64,000 nt of DNA from Bacteroidales bacterium (GCA_050291445.1 JBNKJW010000241.1:6943-70942), one strand, 5' to 3'. Positions 25,219 to 36,885 are shown, counted from the first letter of the stretch. Program-made: numbers and translations. The notes: generated by a model not told the origin, from the letters alone.

Positions 25219-26541
25219 TTATCTTGATAGCAGTCTGGTATAAGAAGTTGCGGCAAAAACAGCTTTGGGGGCAAAAATGGTTTGAAAAACACCCCTTGCA
25301 AGCAGAAATACGAGTAAGGCCAACCATAAAGCATGATTTTCATAATTTGGTTTCAGTAAATAATATAAAGGAGCAAACACAAAAAGCGCTGAAAGCAGCA
25401 TGGTATTACGCATTGCTTTTGAAGCGGTTACGCCAATATAAATCCCATCCCACAAATAAGATGCAAAGCTTAGCAGAGGGACAATTGCCACCCATATCAA
25501 AAAAGACTTTGCCCCCTGGATTATTTCTTCATTATCGGTAAAAACGAATAAAACAAGGTCGCCAAAAGCCATGTATGCAAGCGAGAAAATAACACTAAAC
25601 CCCAACCCCCATAAAAAAACATATTTAACTGTCTTTTTCAACATTTTTTTATCACTCATTCCTAAAAATTTGCCACTTAAGGCCTCAGCAGCATGTGCAA
25701 AGCCATCCATGATAAAGGAGAACATCATAAGGTATTGTAACAATAGTGTGTTTACTGCCAGGATATTATCGCTAATTTTAGCACTTTCTGCTGTAAAAAA
25801 TGAGAAAACGGATATCAACACAACTGTTCGTATAAAAATGTCGCGGTTCACGTTAAAAAAACGCTTTAATGCAACCCGCTCAAGAACTGTCTTTAATGAA
25901 AAGTGTTGAAATAATTGTTTGTGCTTTCTAAAAATCAGGTAACAAGTTACAAAAAAGCCCAAATATTGCGAAATTAAGGTGCCTAATGCAACCCCATTTG
26001 AAGCCATTCCTAGCTCATAAACAAAAATTAGGTTTAGCAATACATTTACTACATTTATCAAAATAGCAATATACATCGGAGTCTTAGCATCCTGCATACC
26101 AATCAACCATCCGGTAAGTGCAAAAAGTCCAATAGTAGCTGGTGCTGCATAAATACGGATATAGAAATACGTAGCTGCCAATTCCTCCACTTCCTGGCTC
26201 CCTTCAATAAAATAGAATCCAATTTGTTCAATCGGCACCTGAACAACAATTAAAAACAAACCACATAAAACAGCTATAAAAAGTGAACGGACAAGCAAAT
26301 GCAATAATTCACTATTATCACCTTTGCCAAAAGCCTGTGCAGTAAAACCGCCCGTGCCCATTCTAAGGAAATTAAAACTAATGTAGATAAAATTGAAAAT
26401 CATCCCACCCAGGGAAATAGCACCCAGGTATTTTTCTGAATCGAGGTGCCCCATGATGGCCAAATCGACCATTCCCAGCAATGGAATAGTGATATTGCTT
26501 ATAATGTTGGGGATGGCAAGATTTAGGATTCGTTTGTTCAT
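25219..26541 (-). CDS. MATE family efflux transporter
   Basis: 12-TM profile. The N-terminus LAIPNIISNITIPLLGMVDLAIMGHL is typical of MATE (DinF/NorM-like) proteins. Confidence 0.85.
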   Translation of the reverse strand: MNKRILNLAIPNIISNITIPLLGMVDLAIMGHLDSEKYLGAISLGGMIFNFIYISFNFLRMGTGGFTAQAFGKGDNSELLHLLVRSLFIAVLCGLFLIVVQVPIEQIGFYFIEGSQEVEELAATYFYIRIYAAPATIGLFALTGWLIGMQDAKTPMYIAILINVVNVLLNLIFVYELGMASNGVALGTLISQYLGFFVTCYLIFRKHKQLFQHFSLKTVLERVALKRFFNVNRDIFIRTVVLISVFSFFTAESAKISDNILAVNTLLLQYLMMFSFIMDGFAHAAEALSGKFLGMSDKKMLKKTVKYVFLWGLGFSVIFSLAYMAFGDLVLFVFTDNEEIIQGAKSFLIWVAIVPLLSFASYLWDGIYIGVTASKAMRNTMLLSALFVFAPLYYLLKPNYENHALWLALLVFLLARGVFQTIFAPKAVFAATSYTRLLSR

Positions 26542-26556
26542 GCCAATATACGAAGC

Positions 26557-28641
26557 TTAACTTTTAAACCTCCATGAAACGCCAAAACGATAGGATGCTT
26601 CATTCATAGGGTGTTTATCCAGAATAAAGTAATACTTATCCTTGCTCAGAATATTCATCATGTTTTCATACTTAAAAAACAACAACACTGTTTTTATTCG
26701 TGCATTGATGAAAACATTAATGATAGGATACTCGCCAGTATATACACCCGAACCTGCCTGGTGAAATTGTCCGACTATAGGGTTATACCCATAGGACCTG
26801 AATTTTGAGTAGTAAGCAACATCAAAGCCAACCTGCGTTTCAATACTAAATTTTTCAAGAAAATGATCCAGATCAAAATAGGTGGTATTATAAAAACTCC
26901 ATTCAGGCATACTGATTACATCTTCACCAAAATTTGGAGGCAATTGATAAACTACCTTGTTTTTTATAAAAAAACGGCCCAATTTAAAGTCCTTCTGCAA
27001 CCTAATAGAGGTTAGGTTTAAAACTTCGCCAGTAAGCTGCTGAAAGAGTGCATTAGAATCGCAATAAATATAGTTGGTAGTTAACTTGGTTGCAAACTCA
27101 CCTTTCAGCCTTATCGATGGAATGCTCAGCCCAGCTCTGATCTCCTGTTCATCAATATTAGAGAAAGTACTATCCCAGCTATAATGGTTCGATTCATAGT
27201 GTTCCTGAAAAAGGTAGGGGCTGTATTTTCTCAGTTTCAGTTTAAAATAAAAATCACTTTGTCGTTTGCCGATAATAATCCCTTTGCTTACCAACAAATC
27301 ACCACCAAAGTTATCCGCCTTGTTAGATTTGCCAATCACATCACCTAAATAATAATAGGCTCTGGCATTAAAAATAAACATTTTTGTGCGTGCATCAAGG
27401 CTTGCTGAGAGTTTTATATTATTGTAGTTAGTTTCGTAAACCGAGGAATCTTTCATTGAATAATATTCAACATCTCCTTCAGTATTAACAGAATCTCTAT
27501 GGGGTGCTAATATTGTATTAGTCCATTTAATATTTTCCATAGTACCACCTACAGTCAATCTTCCATTAAAATTAGGGCGATTTATTTCTTTTAATGTCCA
27601 ATACAAGGAATTCTCAAGCTTTGCATACCTGATTGAATCCCTGGTTTCTTTCAATACCTTTCCGGCACTTAACTCTTGTTGATAAAATAGCGTATCATAA
27701 TAACCTGTTTGTACACCTTCTTCACTGACAGTCGATTGCAGGGGGTCAGAATCAGCATATATTCTGTAATTATCATTATAGCTAAGCACATGGTTTATTC
27801 GCCCCAATTCCCTGAAAGTAGATTCGGTTGTGGTATCGTTTATGACAATTTTCTTTGTAAAGCCAAATTTATATTCTTGCGACAAGAAAAAGCTTCTGTC
27901 ATAATAAACCGAAGAAGCGGTTGTAAGAAAAGGTTGTGCAAATTCAGGCTCTACAGGTGCTCCATCATCACCTAAATGATTAATCCCGCCATTTTCAAGC
28001 GTTTTGAATTTATTCCGGATAAACCCGGCATGCATAGAATACCTCTCGCCTATATAACTAACAAACGGATTCATAGAATGCTCCGAGATTTCTGAATTAG
28101 GGAATTCCCCAGCTGATGAAATCAGTTTATACCTTATACCTATGTTCCAGTTTTTATTAATGTTTTGTGTAAACAAAGCATACAACTGGTTTTCATTTTT
28201 CGATTTTGAGGAGGTAGTCCAGTGAATATTAAAATAAGGGGATTTTGAATGGTAAAAAACCTGGTTCTCCTTTGTAAAAACATACGGGCGGTAATTGTTA
28301 TCAAAGATAAAATCTGTTTGGTCTTCCTCTTGTTGGCTAAAATAAATATTTGATTTCCAGGCACTACCAAGATTTCCCAACCAACTATTTGAAATACTGT
28401 ATTTGCCAACCGGATTGTATATCTGGAAATTATTAATTGTTGTATCAAATTCATAGGGTTCAATTAAAAAGCCCTGTTTTAATTGCCAACCATAAAGTTC
28501 ATTTTTAGTAGTATCCTCCTGCGCATTGGTCAGGAAATGAAAACTCAACAATAATGAAAAAAGCAGGATTGTTTTCCTCATCAACTCATATTTAGTGGCA
28601 TTGCCTAAGTTTATGCATTTAATATTCACAAAGTGCATCAT
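26557..28641 (-). CDS. putative outer-membrane beta-barrel protein (hypothetical)
   Basis: Signal peptide MRKTILLFSLLLSFHFLTNAQ begins at internal Met-21, so the likely true start is 28581. Aromatic-rich alternating pattern throughout. No specific family recognised. Confidence 0.45.
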   Translation of the reverse strand: MMHFVNIKCINLGNATKYELMRKTILLFSLLLSFHFLTNAQEDTTKNELYGWQLKQGFLIEPYEFDTTINNFQIYNPVGKYSISNSWLGNLGSAWKSNIYFSQQEEDQTDFIFDNNYRPYVFTKENQVFYHSKSPYFNIHWTTSSKSKNENQLYALFTQNINKNWNIGIRYKLISSAGEFPNSEISEHSMNPFVSYIGERYSMHAGFIRNKFKTLENGGINHLGDDGAPVEPEFAQPFLTTASSVYYDRSFFLSQEYKFGFTKKIVINDTTTESTFRELGRINHVLSYNDNYRIYADSDPLQSTVSEEGVQTGYYDTLFYQQELSAGKVLKETRDSIRYAKLENSLYWTLKEINRPNFNGRLTVGGTMENIKWTNTILAPHRDSVNTEGDVEYYSMKDSSVYETNYNNIKLSASLDARTKMFIFNARAYYYLGDVIGKSNKADNFGGDLLVSKGIIIGKRQSDFYFKLKLRKYSPYLFQEHYESNHYSWDSTFSNIDEQEIRAGLSIPSIRLKGEFATKLTTNYIYCDSNALFQQLTGEVLNLTSIRLQKDFKLGRFFIKNKVVYQLPPNFGEDVISMPEWSFYNTTYFDLDHFLEKFSIETQVGFDVAYYSKFRSYGYNPIVGQFHQAGSGVYTGEYPIINVFINARIKTVLLFFKYENMMNILSKDKYYFILDKHPMNEASYRFGVSWRFKS

Positions 28642-28680
28642 GCACGAAAATTGCAGACAAATCTACTTAAGATTGATTCA

Positions 28681-28717
28681 ATAACAAAACAAAAGGCTGC
28701 CTAAAACAGGCAGCCTT
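28681..28717 (-). terminator. intrinsic terminator of the ribosomal alpha operon
   Basis: aaggctgcc-taaaaca-ggcagcctt gives a 9-bp perfect stem (28693-28717). On the minus strand it is followed by TTTTGTTTTGTT. Confidence 0.7.
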
Positions 28718-28742
28718 ATAAAATCTTAAAGTATTTTAACAA

Positions 28743-29393
28743 TTACTCTTCTTTCTTTTCTTCTTCCGAAGTATCTTCTTTTTCGTCTTTCTTTTCTTCT
28801 TTAGTTTCCTCTACTTCGTCTTTTACTTCTTCAGTAGTTTCTGCAACCTCTTCAGTAGTCACTTCTTCAGCAGTTTCAACAACTTCATCCTTCACATCTT
28901 CTACTTCCTCTACAACTTCCTTCGTTTTCTTAGTTGTTTCAGTTTTGGCAGTAGTTGTTGTCTCATCAGAAGATTTCTTTCTACGAGAACGACGAGATTT
29001 TTTAGCCTTAGTATCTTTTTCAACCAACATGTTCTCGTTGTAGTCAACCAATTCGATAAAGCACATTTCTGCGCTATCACCTAACCTGGTTCCAGTTTTT
29101 AAAATTCTGGTATACCCACCCGGACGATCAGCAACTTTAACAGCAACTTCTCTAAACAGCTCAGTAACAGCATATTTGTTTTTTAGATAGCTGAACACTG
29201 TTCTTCTTGAATGTGTAGAATCATCTTTTGATTTAGTGATAAGAGGCTCAACATATACTCTCAAAGCCTTTGCCTTAGCAAGAGTTGTTTCAATTCTTTT
29301 ATGTAATATCAACGAAGAAGCCATATTAGCCAGCATAGCCTTTCTGTGCCCACTTTTCCTGCCTAAATGATTGAATTTCTTTCTATGTCTCAT
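28743..29393 (-). CDS. rplQ: 50S ribosomal protein L17 with ~90-aa acidic/lysine-rich C-terminal tail
   Basis: [24 protein letters not shown]... matches the L17 core. Last gene after rpoA. Confidence 0.95.
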   Translation of the reverse strand: MRHRKKFNHLGRKSGHRKAMLANMASSLILHKRIETTLAKAKALRVYVEPLITKSKDDSTHSRRTVFSYLKNKYAVTELFREVAVKVADRPGGYTRILKTGTRLGDSAEMCFIELVDYNENMLVEKDTKAKKSRRSRRKKSSDETTTTAKTETTKKTKEVVEEVEDVKDEVVETAEEVTTEEVAETTEEVKDEVEETKEEKKDEKEDTSEEEKKEE

Positions 29394-29398
29394 TCCGA

Positions 29399-30391
29399 TT
29401 ACTCTTTGTCTAATTTATACTTACTAATATCCATTCCAAAAGTCAGATTCAAACCATCTAGCAGGTCATCCAACTCAGTTAAGGATTTCTTTCCGAAATT
29501 TCTGAATTTCAATAAATCAGTCTTGTTATAGACCACTAAATCACCTAATGTATCAACATCCGCAGCTTTCAAACAATTCAACGCTCTAACTGACAAGTCC
29601 ATATCGACCAGTTTTGTTTTCAACATTTGGCGCATGTGTAATACTTCTTCATCAAATTCTTCATTTTCGTAACTCTCTTCAGAATCAATTGTAATCTTTT
29701 CGTCTGAGAATAACATAAAATGATAAATCAATATTTTAGCGGCTTCTTTTAAGGCTTCTTTAGGGTGAATAGAACCATCACTTTGAATGTCTATAATCAG
29801 TTTTTCATAGTCCGTTTTCTGCTCAACCCTGTAATTTTCAACTGAATATTTTACGTTCTTAATAGGTGTAAATATTGAATCAATAGCAATAACACCTAAT
29901 TCAGAATCGTGCTTTTTATTTTCTTCAGCACCAACATAGCCTCGTCCCTTTTCAACAGTTAAGGTCATCTGTAGCTTAACATCTTGTTCCATTCTACAAA
30001 TAACAAGGTCTGGGTTAAGCACCTCAAAGTTAGTTAAGAACCGATTTATATCATCAGCCCTAAATGTTTCCTGACCAGAAATGGTTAAAGAAACAACTTC
30101 GCTATTTTCACCTTCCACCTTTTGCTTAAGGCGTACTTGCTTTAAATTCAGGATGATTTCAGTAACATCTTCAACTATCCCTGTAATGGTAGAAAATTCG
30201 TGATCTACTCCCTCAATTTTTAGCGAAGTTATGGCAAACCCTTCCAGCGAAGAAAGTAAGATTCGCCTTAAGGCATTACCAATTGTAATTCCGTAGCCTG
30301 GTTCAAGCGGTCTGAATTCGAATGATCCTTTAAAATCATCCGCTTCAAGCATGATTACCTTATCAGGTTTCTGAAAAGCTAAGATTGCCAT
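29399..30391 (-). CDS. rpoA: DNA-directed RNA polymerase subunit alpha
   Basis: 330 aa with NTD ([11 protein letters not shown]) and CTD ([14 protein letters not shown]). Conserved operon position. Confidence 0.95.
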   Translation of the reverse strand: MAILAFQKPDKVIMLEADDFKGSFEFRPLEPGYGITIGNALRRILLSSLEGFAITSLKIEGVDHEFSTITGIVEDVTEIILNLKQVRLKQKVEGENSEVVSLTISGQETFRADDINRFLTNFEVLNPDLVICRMEQDVKLQMTLTVEKGRGYVGAEENKKHDSELGVIAIDSIFTPIKNVKYSVENYRVEQKTDYEKLIIDIQSDGSIHPKEALKEAAKILIYHFMLFSDEKITIDSEESYENEEFDEEVLHMRQMLKTKLVDMDLSVRALNCLKAADVDTLGDLVVYNKTDLLKFRNFGKKSLTELDDLLDGLNLTFGMDISKYKLDKE

Positions 30392-30408
30392 ATAGTATTA
30401 GTTAATTT

Positions 30409-31017
30409 TTATTTAGAATAAAGTTCTACGATCAATTGCTCTTTAATGCTTTCAGGAATTTCAGAACGTTCTGGGACATTCATGAATTTTCCTGTTAATA
30501 AGCCATTGTCCCACTCCAACCAAGAATATTGGCTAGCTCTTGATGAGGCCAACGAGTCGGTTATAGCTTCAAGTGATTTAGATTTTTCACGGATGCTTAT
30601 GATATCACCTGGTCGAACTGAGAAAGAAGGAATATTTACAATTTCTCCGTTAACAGTGATATGACGGTGTGATACCAACTGACGGGCACCTGCTCTAGTA
30701 GGAGACAGCCCTAATCGGTAAACAACATTATCAAGACGTCTTTCTAACAATTGTAACAACACCTCACCAGTAATACCTTTACTACGTGATGCCTTATCAA
30801 ATAAGTTAGCAAATTGTTTTTCTAAAACACCGTAAGTATATTTTGCTTTTTGTTTCTCTTTAAGCTGAAGGGCATATTCAGAAACCTTTCTTCTTCTTTT
30901 GTTGGCACCATGCGTGCCTGGAGGATAATTCTTTTTATCTAAAAACTTATCTGCTCCGTAGATAGCTTCACCAAATTTTCTTGCAATCTTTGATTTTGGT
31001 CCAATATATCTTGCCAT
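30409..31017 (-). CDS. rpsD: 30S ribosomal protein S4
   Basis: [16 protein letters not shown]... plus an S4 RNA-binding domain. Confidence 0.95.
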   Translation of the reverse strand: MARYIGPKSKIARKFGEAIYGADKFLDKKNYPPGTHGANKRRRKVSEYALQLKEKQKAKYTYGVLEKQFANLFDKASRSKGITGEVLLQLLERRLDNVVYRLGLSPTRAGARQLVSHRHITVNGEIVNIPSFSVRPGDIISIREKSKSLEAITDSLASSRASQYSWLEWDNGLLTGKFMNVPERSEIPESIKEQLIVELYSK

Positions 31018-31042
31018 TGCTCCTTAATTTCTATTATTAATA

Positions 31043-31432
31043 TTAAACTCTTCGCCTTTTTGCTGGCCTGCAGCCATTATGTGGTAATGGGGTAACATCC
31101 ATTATTTCGGTTACTTCAATACCAGCACCGCTAATAGCTCTAATAGCAGATTCTCTGCCATTTCCAGGACCTTTTACATATACTTTAACTTTTCTTAGTC
31201 CAAGGTCATATGCAGTCTTTGCACATTCCTCAGCAGCAACCTGGGCAGCATACGGAGTATTCTTTTTAGAACCTCTGAACCCCATCTTTCCAGCTGATGA
31301 CCAGGAAATTACCTGTCCAACATTATTTGTTAAAGATATAATAATATTATTAAACGACGAATGTATGTGCGCCTGTCCTAATGGTTCTATCTTAACAACA
31401 CGTTTTTTAGAAGCTTTTGTCTTTTTCGCCAT
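31043..31432 (-). CDS. rpsK: 30S ribosomal protein S11
   Basis: [14 protein letters not shown]...[14 protein letters not shown]. Confidence 0.95.
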   Translation of the reverse strand: MAKKTKASKKRVVKIEPLGQAHIHSSFNNIIISLTNNVGQVISWSSAGKMGFRGSKKNTPYAAQVAAEECAKTAYDLGLRKVKVYVKGPGNGRESAIRAISGAGIEVTEIMDVTPLPHNGCRPAKRRRV

Positions 31433-31441
31433 GATTACTTA

Positions 31442-31819
31442 TTATTTAACCGCTTTTTTCTTATTTGCAATAGTTTTTCTACGTCCCTTTCTGGTTCGGG
31501 CGTTGTTTTTAGTTGATTGTCCTCGTAATGGCAGGCCAATTCTGTGACGAATACCACGGTAACAACCAATATCCATAAGCCTTTTGATGTTCATCTGCAC
31601 TTCTGAACGAAGTTCACCTTCAACCTTAAACTCATCATTAATAACATTTCTGATCTCGGCTTTTTGATCATCAGTCCATTCTTTTACCTTGATGTTCTTA
31701 TCAACACCTGCTTTTTCCAAAACCTTTTCCGCAGTACTTCGGCCTATACCAAAGATATAGGTTAATGCTACCGCGCCTCTTTTATTATCCGGAATATCAA
31801 CTCCAACTATTCTTGCCAT
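31442..31819 (-). CDS. rpsM: 30S ribosomal protein S13
   Basis: [14 protein letters not shown]...GIGRSTA. Confidence 0.95.
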   Translation of the reverse strand: MARIVGVDIPDNKRGAVALTYIFGIGRSTAEKVLEKAGVDKNIKVKEWTDDQKAEIRNVINDEFKVEGELRSEVQMNIKRLMDIGCYRGIRHRIGLPLRGQSTKNNARTRKGRRKTIANKKKAVK

Positions 31820-31846
31820 ATAATCTAAAAAGTTTAATATTAAAAA

Positions 31847-31963
31847 TTAACCCTGGCGTTGTTTAAATTTTGGATTCTTTTTGTTTATCACATAAAGTCT
31901 CCCTTTTCTTTTAACAACTTTACAATCAGCTGAACGCTTTTTAACTGATGCCCTAACTTTCAT
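31847..31963 (-). CDS. rpmJ: 50S ribosomal protein L36
   Basis: Not in the ORF track (below its size cutoff). Manual minus-strand translation gives [38 protein letters not shown] between infA and rpsM. Confidence 0.9.
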   Translation of the reverse strand: MKVRASVKKRSADCKVVKRKGRLYVINKKNPKFKQRQG

Positions 31964-31974
31964 TTTTCTAAAGT

Positions 31975-32193
31975 TTATTTGTATCTAAATGTAATCCTAC
32001 CTTTAGTTAAATCATAAGGCGACATCTCAACTTTCACCTTGTCTCCAGGTAAGATTTTAATATAATGCATTCTCATTTTTCCTGAGATATGAGCAACAAT
32101 AACATGTCCATTCTCAAGTTCAACACGAAACATTGCATTTGACAATGCTTCTTTTATAACTCCATCTTGCTCTATAGATGCTTGTTTGGCCAT
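31975..32193 (-). CDS. infA: translation initiation factor IF-1
   Basis: 72 aa, S1-like fold sequence [30 protein letters not shown]. Confidence 0.95.
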   Translation of the reverse strand: MAKQASIEQDGVIKEALSNAMFRVELENGHVIVAHISGKMRMHYIKILPGDKVKVEMSPYDLTKGRITFRYK

Positions 32194-32199
32194 ATAAAT

Positions 32200-32976
32200 C
32201 TATTTGTTTCTAAGTACTTCTTCAACAAATTCAAAGGACGACAAAATATCCGCTTTACCTTGATCAACAGCAACTGTATGTTCAAAATGAGCTGATGGTA
32301 AACCATCTCTGGTTTTTATTGTCCAACCATCTTCCATTTGGTAGATTTCTTTCTTTCCCAGGTTAATCATTGGCTCAATTGCTAAAACCAATCCTTTTTT
32401 TAACTTAATTCCACTACCGCGTCTACCATAATTTGGCACTTCTGGTTTTTCATGCAGTTTCTTTCCTACCCCGTGTCCAACCATTTCTCGTACCACCGAA
32501 TATCCATTACTCTCGCAATGACTTTGAACAGCATAGCCAATATCGCCAAGCCTACTGCCAACCACAGCTTTTTCAATCCCTTTATAAAGTGATTCTTTTG
32601 TAACTTCTAAAAGTTTTAGAACTTCAGGTTTTATTTCACCTACAGTGAAAGTGTACGCCGAATCACCATAATAATTATTCATTAAAACTCCACAATCAAT
32701 CGAAACAACGTCACCGTTCCGAAGTTCATAATTTGACGGAATCCCATGCACAACTGTATCGTTTATAGAAATACAAAGTGTATTTGGATATCCATGGTAA
32801 CCCAAGAAACCTGGTTCTCCACCATTGTCTCTTATAAATTCTTCGGCTATTTTATCAAGTTTTAATGTAGACACACCTGGCTCAACTAGTTTAGCCATTT
32901 CGCCATGTGTTCTGGCAACCAACATATTACTTTTGCGAAGTAATTCTATCTCGTCAGCTGTCTTATAATATATCAT
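32200..32976 (-). CDS. map: type I methionine aminopeptidase
   Basis: VVHGIP, DVVSIDCG, VGHGVG and LAIEPM motifs. Conserved position after secY. Confidence 0.93.
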   Translation of the reverse strand: MIYYKTADEIELLRKSNMLVARTHGEMAKLVEPGVSTLKLDKIAEEFIRDNGGEPGFLGYHGYPNTLCISINDTVVHGIPSNYELRNGDVVSIDCGVLMNNYYGDSAYTFTVGEIKPEVLKLLEVTKESLYKGIEKAVVGSRLGDIGYAVQSHCESNGYSVVREMVGHGVGKKLHEKPEVPNYGRRGSGIKLKKGLVLAIEPMINLGKKEIYQMEDGWTIKTRDGLPSAHFEHTVAVDQGKADILSSFEFVEEVLRNK

Positions 32977-33002
32977 TAAACAAAGAACGTTTAAAATTCA
33001 AA

Positions 33003-34343
33003 TTAAATAGAAGAGACTGCACCACCTGCGCGGCCTTTAATTCTTCCAGATTTCATTAATCCATCGTAATGACGCATTAACAAATGACTTTCAATCTGCT
33101 GCAATGTATCTAACACAACACCAACTAAAATAAGTAATGATGTGCCACCAAAAAATTGAGCAAACTGATTATTTACTCCAGCAATCATAGCAAAAGCTGG
33201 CATAATAGCAACCAAGGCAAGAAAAATAGATCCTGGTAAAGTTATTCTTGACATCACTGAATCAAGATATTCTACCGTTTTTTTACCAGGTTTAACACCA
33301 GGTATAAAACCTCCATTCTTCTTCATATCATCCGCCATTTGGGTTGGATTAATAGTTATTGCAGTATAAAAATAAGTGAATAATACTACCATCGCTCCAA
33401 ATGTAAAGTTATACCAAAAACCTGTCATATCAGCAAAAGCAGCTGCTACACCTTGGGTAGTTTCAGTATCAAACTGCGCAAACATTAAAGGAATAAACAT
33501 TAGTGCCTGTGCAAATATAATTGGCATTACACCCGCAGCATTTACTTTTAATGGAATGTACTGACGCACACCACCATACTGTTTGTTACCTACAATCCTT
33601 TTTGCATACTGTACTGGTATTCTCCTGGTTCCTTGTACCAATAAAATACTCGCTGTAAAAACAAAAAACATAATTACGATCTCAACCAAGAAAGCAACTA
33701 GTCCTCCTCCTGATTGTTCAATTCTAGCACCAAATTCAGCAAATAAAGCAAAAGGTAATCTTGCAATGATACCAATCATAATAATTAATGAAATACCATT
33801 CCCAATTCCTTTATCAGTAATCTTTTCGCCTAGCCACATTACAAACATAGTACCCGAAACAAGGATGACTATTGAAGTTATCCAAAAGAAAGTACTATTA
33901 TTAACAATGGCTGTTGGTGATTGAGCATATACATTTGCTAAATAACCAGGTGCTTGTCCTGCAGTAATTATTACTGTTAAATATCTGGTAATTTGATTTA
34001 TTTTTTTTCTGCCACTTTCGCCTTCACGTTGCAACCTTTGAAAATAAGGGATAGCCATCCCTAATAATTGAATAACAATTGAAGCCGAAATGTAAGGCAT
34101 GATTCCCAAGGCAAAAATCGAAGCTTTTGAAAATGCACCACCAGAAAACATATCTAAAAGTGACATAATCCCACCTTGAGATTGTCCTTTTAAGCCTGCT
34201 AAAGCATTTGGATCTACCCCTGGAAGAACAACATGTGAACCCAGACGGTATATAAGAATAAAACCTATAGTAGCAAAGATCCGGTTGCGCAGATCTTCAA
34301 TTTTATAAATATTCTTTAATGTTTCGATTAATCCCTTCATCAA
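33003..34343 (-). CDS. secY: preprotein translocase subunit SecY
   Basis: 10-TM protein with IFALGIMPYISASI and the conserved C-terminal cytoplasmic region. Confidence 0.95.
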   Translation of the reverse strand: MMKGLIETLKNIYKIEDLRNRIFATIGFILIYRLGSHVVLPGVDPNALAGLKGQSQGGIMSLLDMFSGGAFSKASIFALGIMPYISASIVIQLLGMAIPYFQRLQREGESGRKKINQITRYLTVIITAGQAPGYLANVYAQSPTAIVNNSTFFWITSIVILVSGTMFVMWLGEKITDKGIGNGISLIIMIGIIARLPFALFAEFGARIEQSGGGLVAFLVEIVIMFFVFTASILLVQGTRRIPVQYAKRIVGNKQYGGVRQYIPLKVNAAGVMPIIFAQALMFIPLMFAQFDTETTQGVAAAFADMTGFWYNFTFGAMVVLFTYFYTAITINPTQMADDMKKNGGFIPGVKPGKKTVEYLDSVMSRITLPGSIFLALVAIMPAFAMIAGVNNQFAQFFGGTSLLILVGVVLDTLQQIESHLLMRHYDGLMKSGRIKGRAGGAVSSI

Positions 34344-34344
34344 A

Positions 34345-34791
34345 TTATAATTTTACGGCTGAACCTTTAGCTTTTTCAATAGCATCAATTGCTGACTTTG
34401 AGAAAGCGTGTGCTTTAACTTCCAATTTTTTTGTAAGAGTACCATTACCAAGAATTTTAACCAAATCTCTTTTCTTAGCAATGCCAGCTTCTACAAGAAG
34501 TTGGATGTCAATAGTTTCAACACCTTTCTTATCAGCTAACTCTTGAAGAACACTAACATTAACAGCTTTGTATTCTTTTCGGTTTATATTTTTGAAACCA
34601 AACTTAGGTACACGACGTTGCAAAGGCATCTGTCCACCTTCGAAACCAACCTTTTTTGAGTAACCAGAGCGTGATTTTTGTCCTTTATGACCTCTTGTAG
34701 AAGTACCGCCTTTTCCTGAACCTTCTCCACGTCCAATTCTCTTACGGTTTTTTACTGAACCCTCAGCCGGTTTTAAATTACTTAAATCCAT
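34345..34791 (-). CDS. rplO: 50S ribosomal protein L15
   Basis: [24 protein letters not shown]. Confidence 0.95.
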   Translation of the reverse strand: MDLSNLKPAEGSVKNRKRIGRGEGSGKGGTSTRGHKGQKSRSGYSKKVGFEGGQMPLQRRVPKFGFKNINRKEYKAVNVSVLQELADKKGVETIDIQLLVEAGIAKKRDLVKILGNGTLTKKLEVKAHAFSKSAIDAIEKAKGSAVKL

Positions 34792-34811
34792 TGTAAATCA
34801 AATTATCTTTG

Positions 34812-34991
34812 TTATACTTCTTCGACAATTACCAAGTGGTTAACTTTCTCAACCATACCTTTAATCTGAGGTGTTGCATCGTGTTCAACAACGGAATTCA
34901 TTTTCCTCAAACCTAAAGCTTCTAATGTTTGCTTTTGCCTTTTGGTACTTCCGATTTTACTTTTTATCTGTTTTATTCTCAGCTTTGCCAT
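34812..34991 (-). CDS. rpmD: 50S ribosomal protein L30
   Basis: Not in the ORF track. Manual translation gives MAKLRIKQIKSKIGSTKRQKQTLEALGLRKMNSVVEHDATPQIKGMVEKVNHLVIVEEV* between rpsE and rplO. Confidence 0.9.
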   Translation of the reverse strand: MAKLRIKQIKSKIGSTKRQKQTLEALGLRKMNSVVEHDATPQIKGMVEKVNHLVIVEEV

Positions 34992-35003
34992 CTTTCAATT
35001 CTG

Positions 35004-35519
35004 TTAACCATTAAAAACTTTCTCAAGAGGTACATTACGATGCTGTGCAACAGTTAATGCATCTCTCATTTCCAATAAAGCATCCATCGTTGCCTTTACA
35101 AGGTTGTGAGGATTTGAAGAACCTTTTGATTTTGCTAAAACATCAGTTACACCAACACTTTCTAATACAGCGCGCATTGCACCACCAGCTTTTACACCAG
35201 TACCATGCGATGCTGGTTTTAATAAAACTTTTGCACCACAATATTTTGCGCTTTGCTCGTGTGGAATAGTACCTTTATAAATTGGTACTTTCACCAAATT
35301 CTTTTTAGCATCTTCAACACCTTTTGCAATAGCTGTGGTTACCTCATTAGCTTTACCTAAACCATACCCAACGATACCGTTTTCATCACCTACAACAACT
35401 ATAGCGGAAAAACTAAAAGTTCTACCACCTTTTGTTACTTTAGTAACCCTTTTGATAGCAACTAACCTGTCTTTTAACTCTAAATCGCTGGTTCTAACTT
35501 TTCTTATATTTGTAGACAT
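35004..35519 (-). CDS. rpsE: 30S ribosomal protein S5
   Basis: [21 protein letters not shown]. Confidence 0.95.
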   Translation of the reverse strand: MSTNIRKVRTSDLELKDRLVAIKRVTKVTKGGRTFSFSAIVVVGDENGIVGYGLGKANEVTTAIAKGVEDAKKNLVKVPIYKGTIPHEQSAKYCGAKVLLKPASHGTGVKAGGAMRAVLESVGVTDVLAKSKGSSNPHNLVKATMDALLEMRDALTVAQHRNVPLEKVFNG

Positions 35520-35525
35520 AATGCT

Positions 35526-35885
35526 TTAAAATTTTAGTCCGTTTTCTCTGGCTGCGTCAGCTAATGATTTAACCCTACCATGGTATAAATAACCTCCACG
35601 GTCAAAAACCACCTCGTTGATTCCTGCAGCTGATGCTTTTTCTGCTACAGCTTTACCTACAAGGGCAGCTTGTTCTTTTTTGTTGATGTCTTTTTTCTCA
35701 GCAATCTCTTTTATCAGAGATGAAGCTGCAGCTAAAGTTTTTCCATTAACATCATCAATAACCTGAACAAAAATATTCTTGTTACTACGATAAACTGACA
35801 ATCTTGGTTTTTCAGACGTTCCAGAGATTTTCTTTCGGATTCGTCTCTTTATTTTATTTCTTCTTTCCTGTTTCGCTAAGGCCAT
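35526..35885 (-). CDS. rplR: 50S ribosomal protein L18
   Basis: [19 protein letters not shown]...[21 protein letters not shown]. Confidence 0.95.
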   Translation of the reverse strand: MALAKQERRNKIKRRIRKKISGTSEKPRLSVYRSNKNIFVQVIDDVNGKTLAAASSLIKEIAEKKDINKKEQAALVGKAVAEKASAAGINEVVFDRGGYLYHGRVKSLADAARENGLKF

Positions 35886-35904
35886 AATTCAATATTTTTA
35901 CCTA

Positions 35905-36459
35905 TTAACTAGCAGCTGCTTTACCAGCTTTTCTACGTAACTGTTCTCCAACAAACTTAATACCCTTTCCTTTGTAAGGCTCAGGCTTTCTAAATGATCT
36001 GATTTTTGCAGCAACTTGTCCAAGTAATTGTTTATCAGCACTTTTCAAAGTAATGATAGGATTCTGACGCTTCTCTGTTACTGCTTCGACCTTAACTTCT
36101 GGTGGAAGCTCAAGATAAATTGCGTGCGAGTATCCAACGGCTAATTCAAGTAACTGACCAGTAGATGTTGCCCTGTAACCAACGCCAACAAGTTCTTGCT
36201 TAATTTCAAATCCTTTTGAAACTCCTTCAATCATATTGTTAATCAATGAACGATATAAACCATGCATTGATTTATGACGTTTTTGCTCTGTTGGCCTAAT
36301 CAAGGTTAATGTTGTTCCTTCAAGTTTTAGTTCAATGTCAAGATCAACCTTTTGAGTTAACTCTCCCACCGGACCTTTGGCTTCAACAACATTATCTTTT
36401 GTTATGTTAACCTTTACTCCTGCCGGAATTTCTATTGGTAATTTTCCTATTCGTGACAT
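35905..36459 (-). CDS. rplF: 50S ribosomal protein L6
   Basis: MSRIGKLPIEIPAGVKV. Confidence 0.95.
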   Translation of the reverse strand: MSRIGKLPIEIPAGVKVNITKDNVVEAKGPVGELTQKVDLDIELKLEGTTLTLIRPTEQKRHKSMHGLYRSLINNMIEGVSKGFEIKQELVGVGYRATSTGQLLELAVGYSHAIYLELPPEVKVEAVTEKRQNPIITLKSADKQLLGQVAAKIRSFRKPEPYKGKGIKFVGEQLRRKAGKAAAS

Positions 36460-36471
36460 TCCTTTTTTCTA

Positions 36472-36867
36472 TTAATAAACATAACACAAAACTTCACCAC
36501 CCACATTTAAATTACGGGCTTCTTTATCTGTTATCACACCTTTTGAGGTCGATAAAATTGCTATTCCTAAACCATTAAGAACACGTGGAAGTTCATCAGC
36601 ACCTGTATACTTCCTTAAACCAGGTTTACTAATTCTTTCAATTTTCTTAATAGCAGAAACTTTGCTCTTTGGATGATACTTTAAAGCAATTTTTATAATA
36701 CCTTGCTTATCATCATCAACAAACTTGTAACTAAGAATATATCCTTTATCGTGTAATATTTTAGTCATTTCTTTTTTAAGGTTTGATGCAGGTATTTCTA
36801 CTACTTTATGTCCTGCCATCACTCCATTTCTAATCCGAGTAAGATAATCTGCAATAGGATCTGTCAT
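36472..36867 (-). CDS. rpsH: 30S ribosomal protein S8
   Basis: [15 protein letters not shown]. Confidence 0.95.
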   Translation of the reverse strand: MTDPIADYLTRIRNGVMAGHKVVEIPASNLKKEMTKILHDKGYILSYKFVDDDKQGIIKIALKYHPKSKVSAIKKIERISKPGLRKYTGADELPRVLNGLGIAILSTSKGVITDKEARNLNVGGEVLCYVY

Positions 36868-36885
36868 TTTCTTTCAATTTAAATA

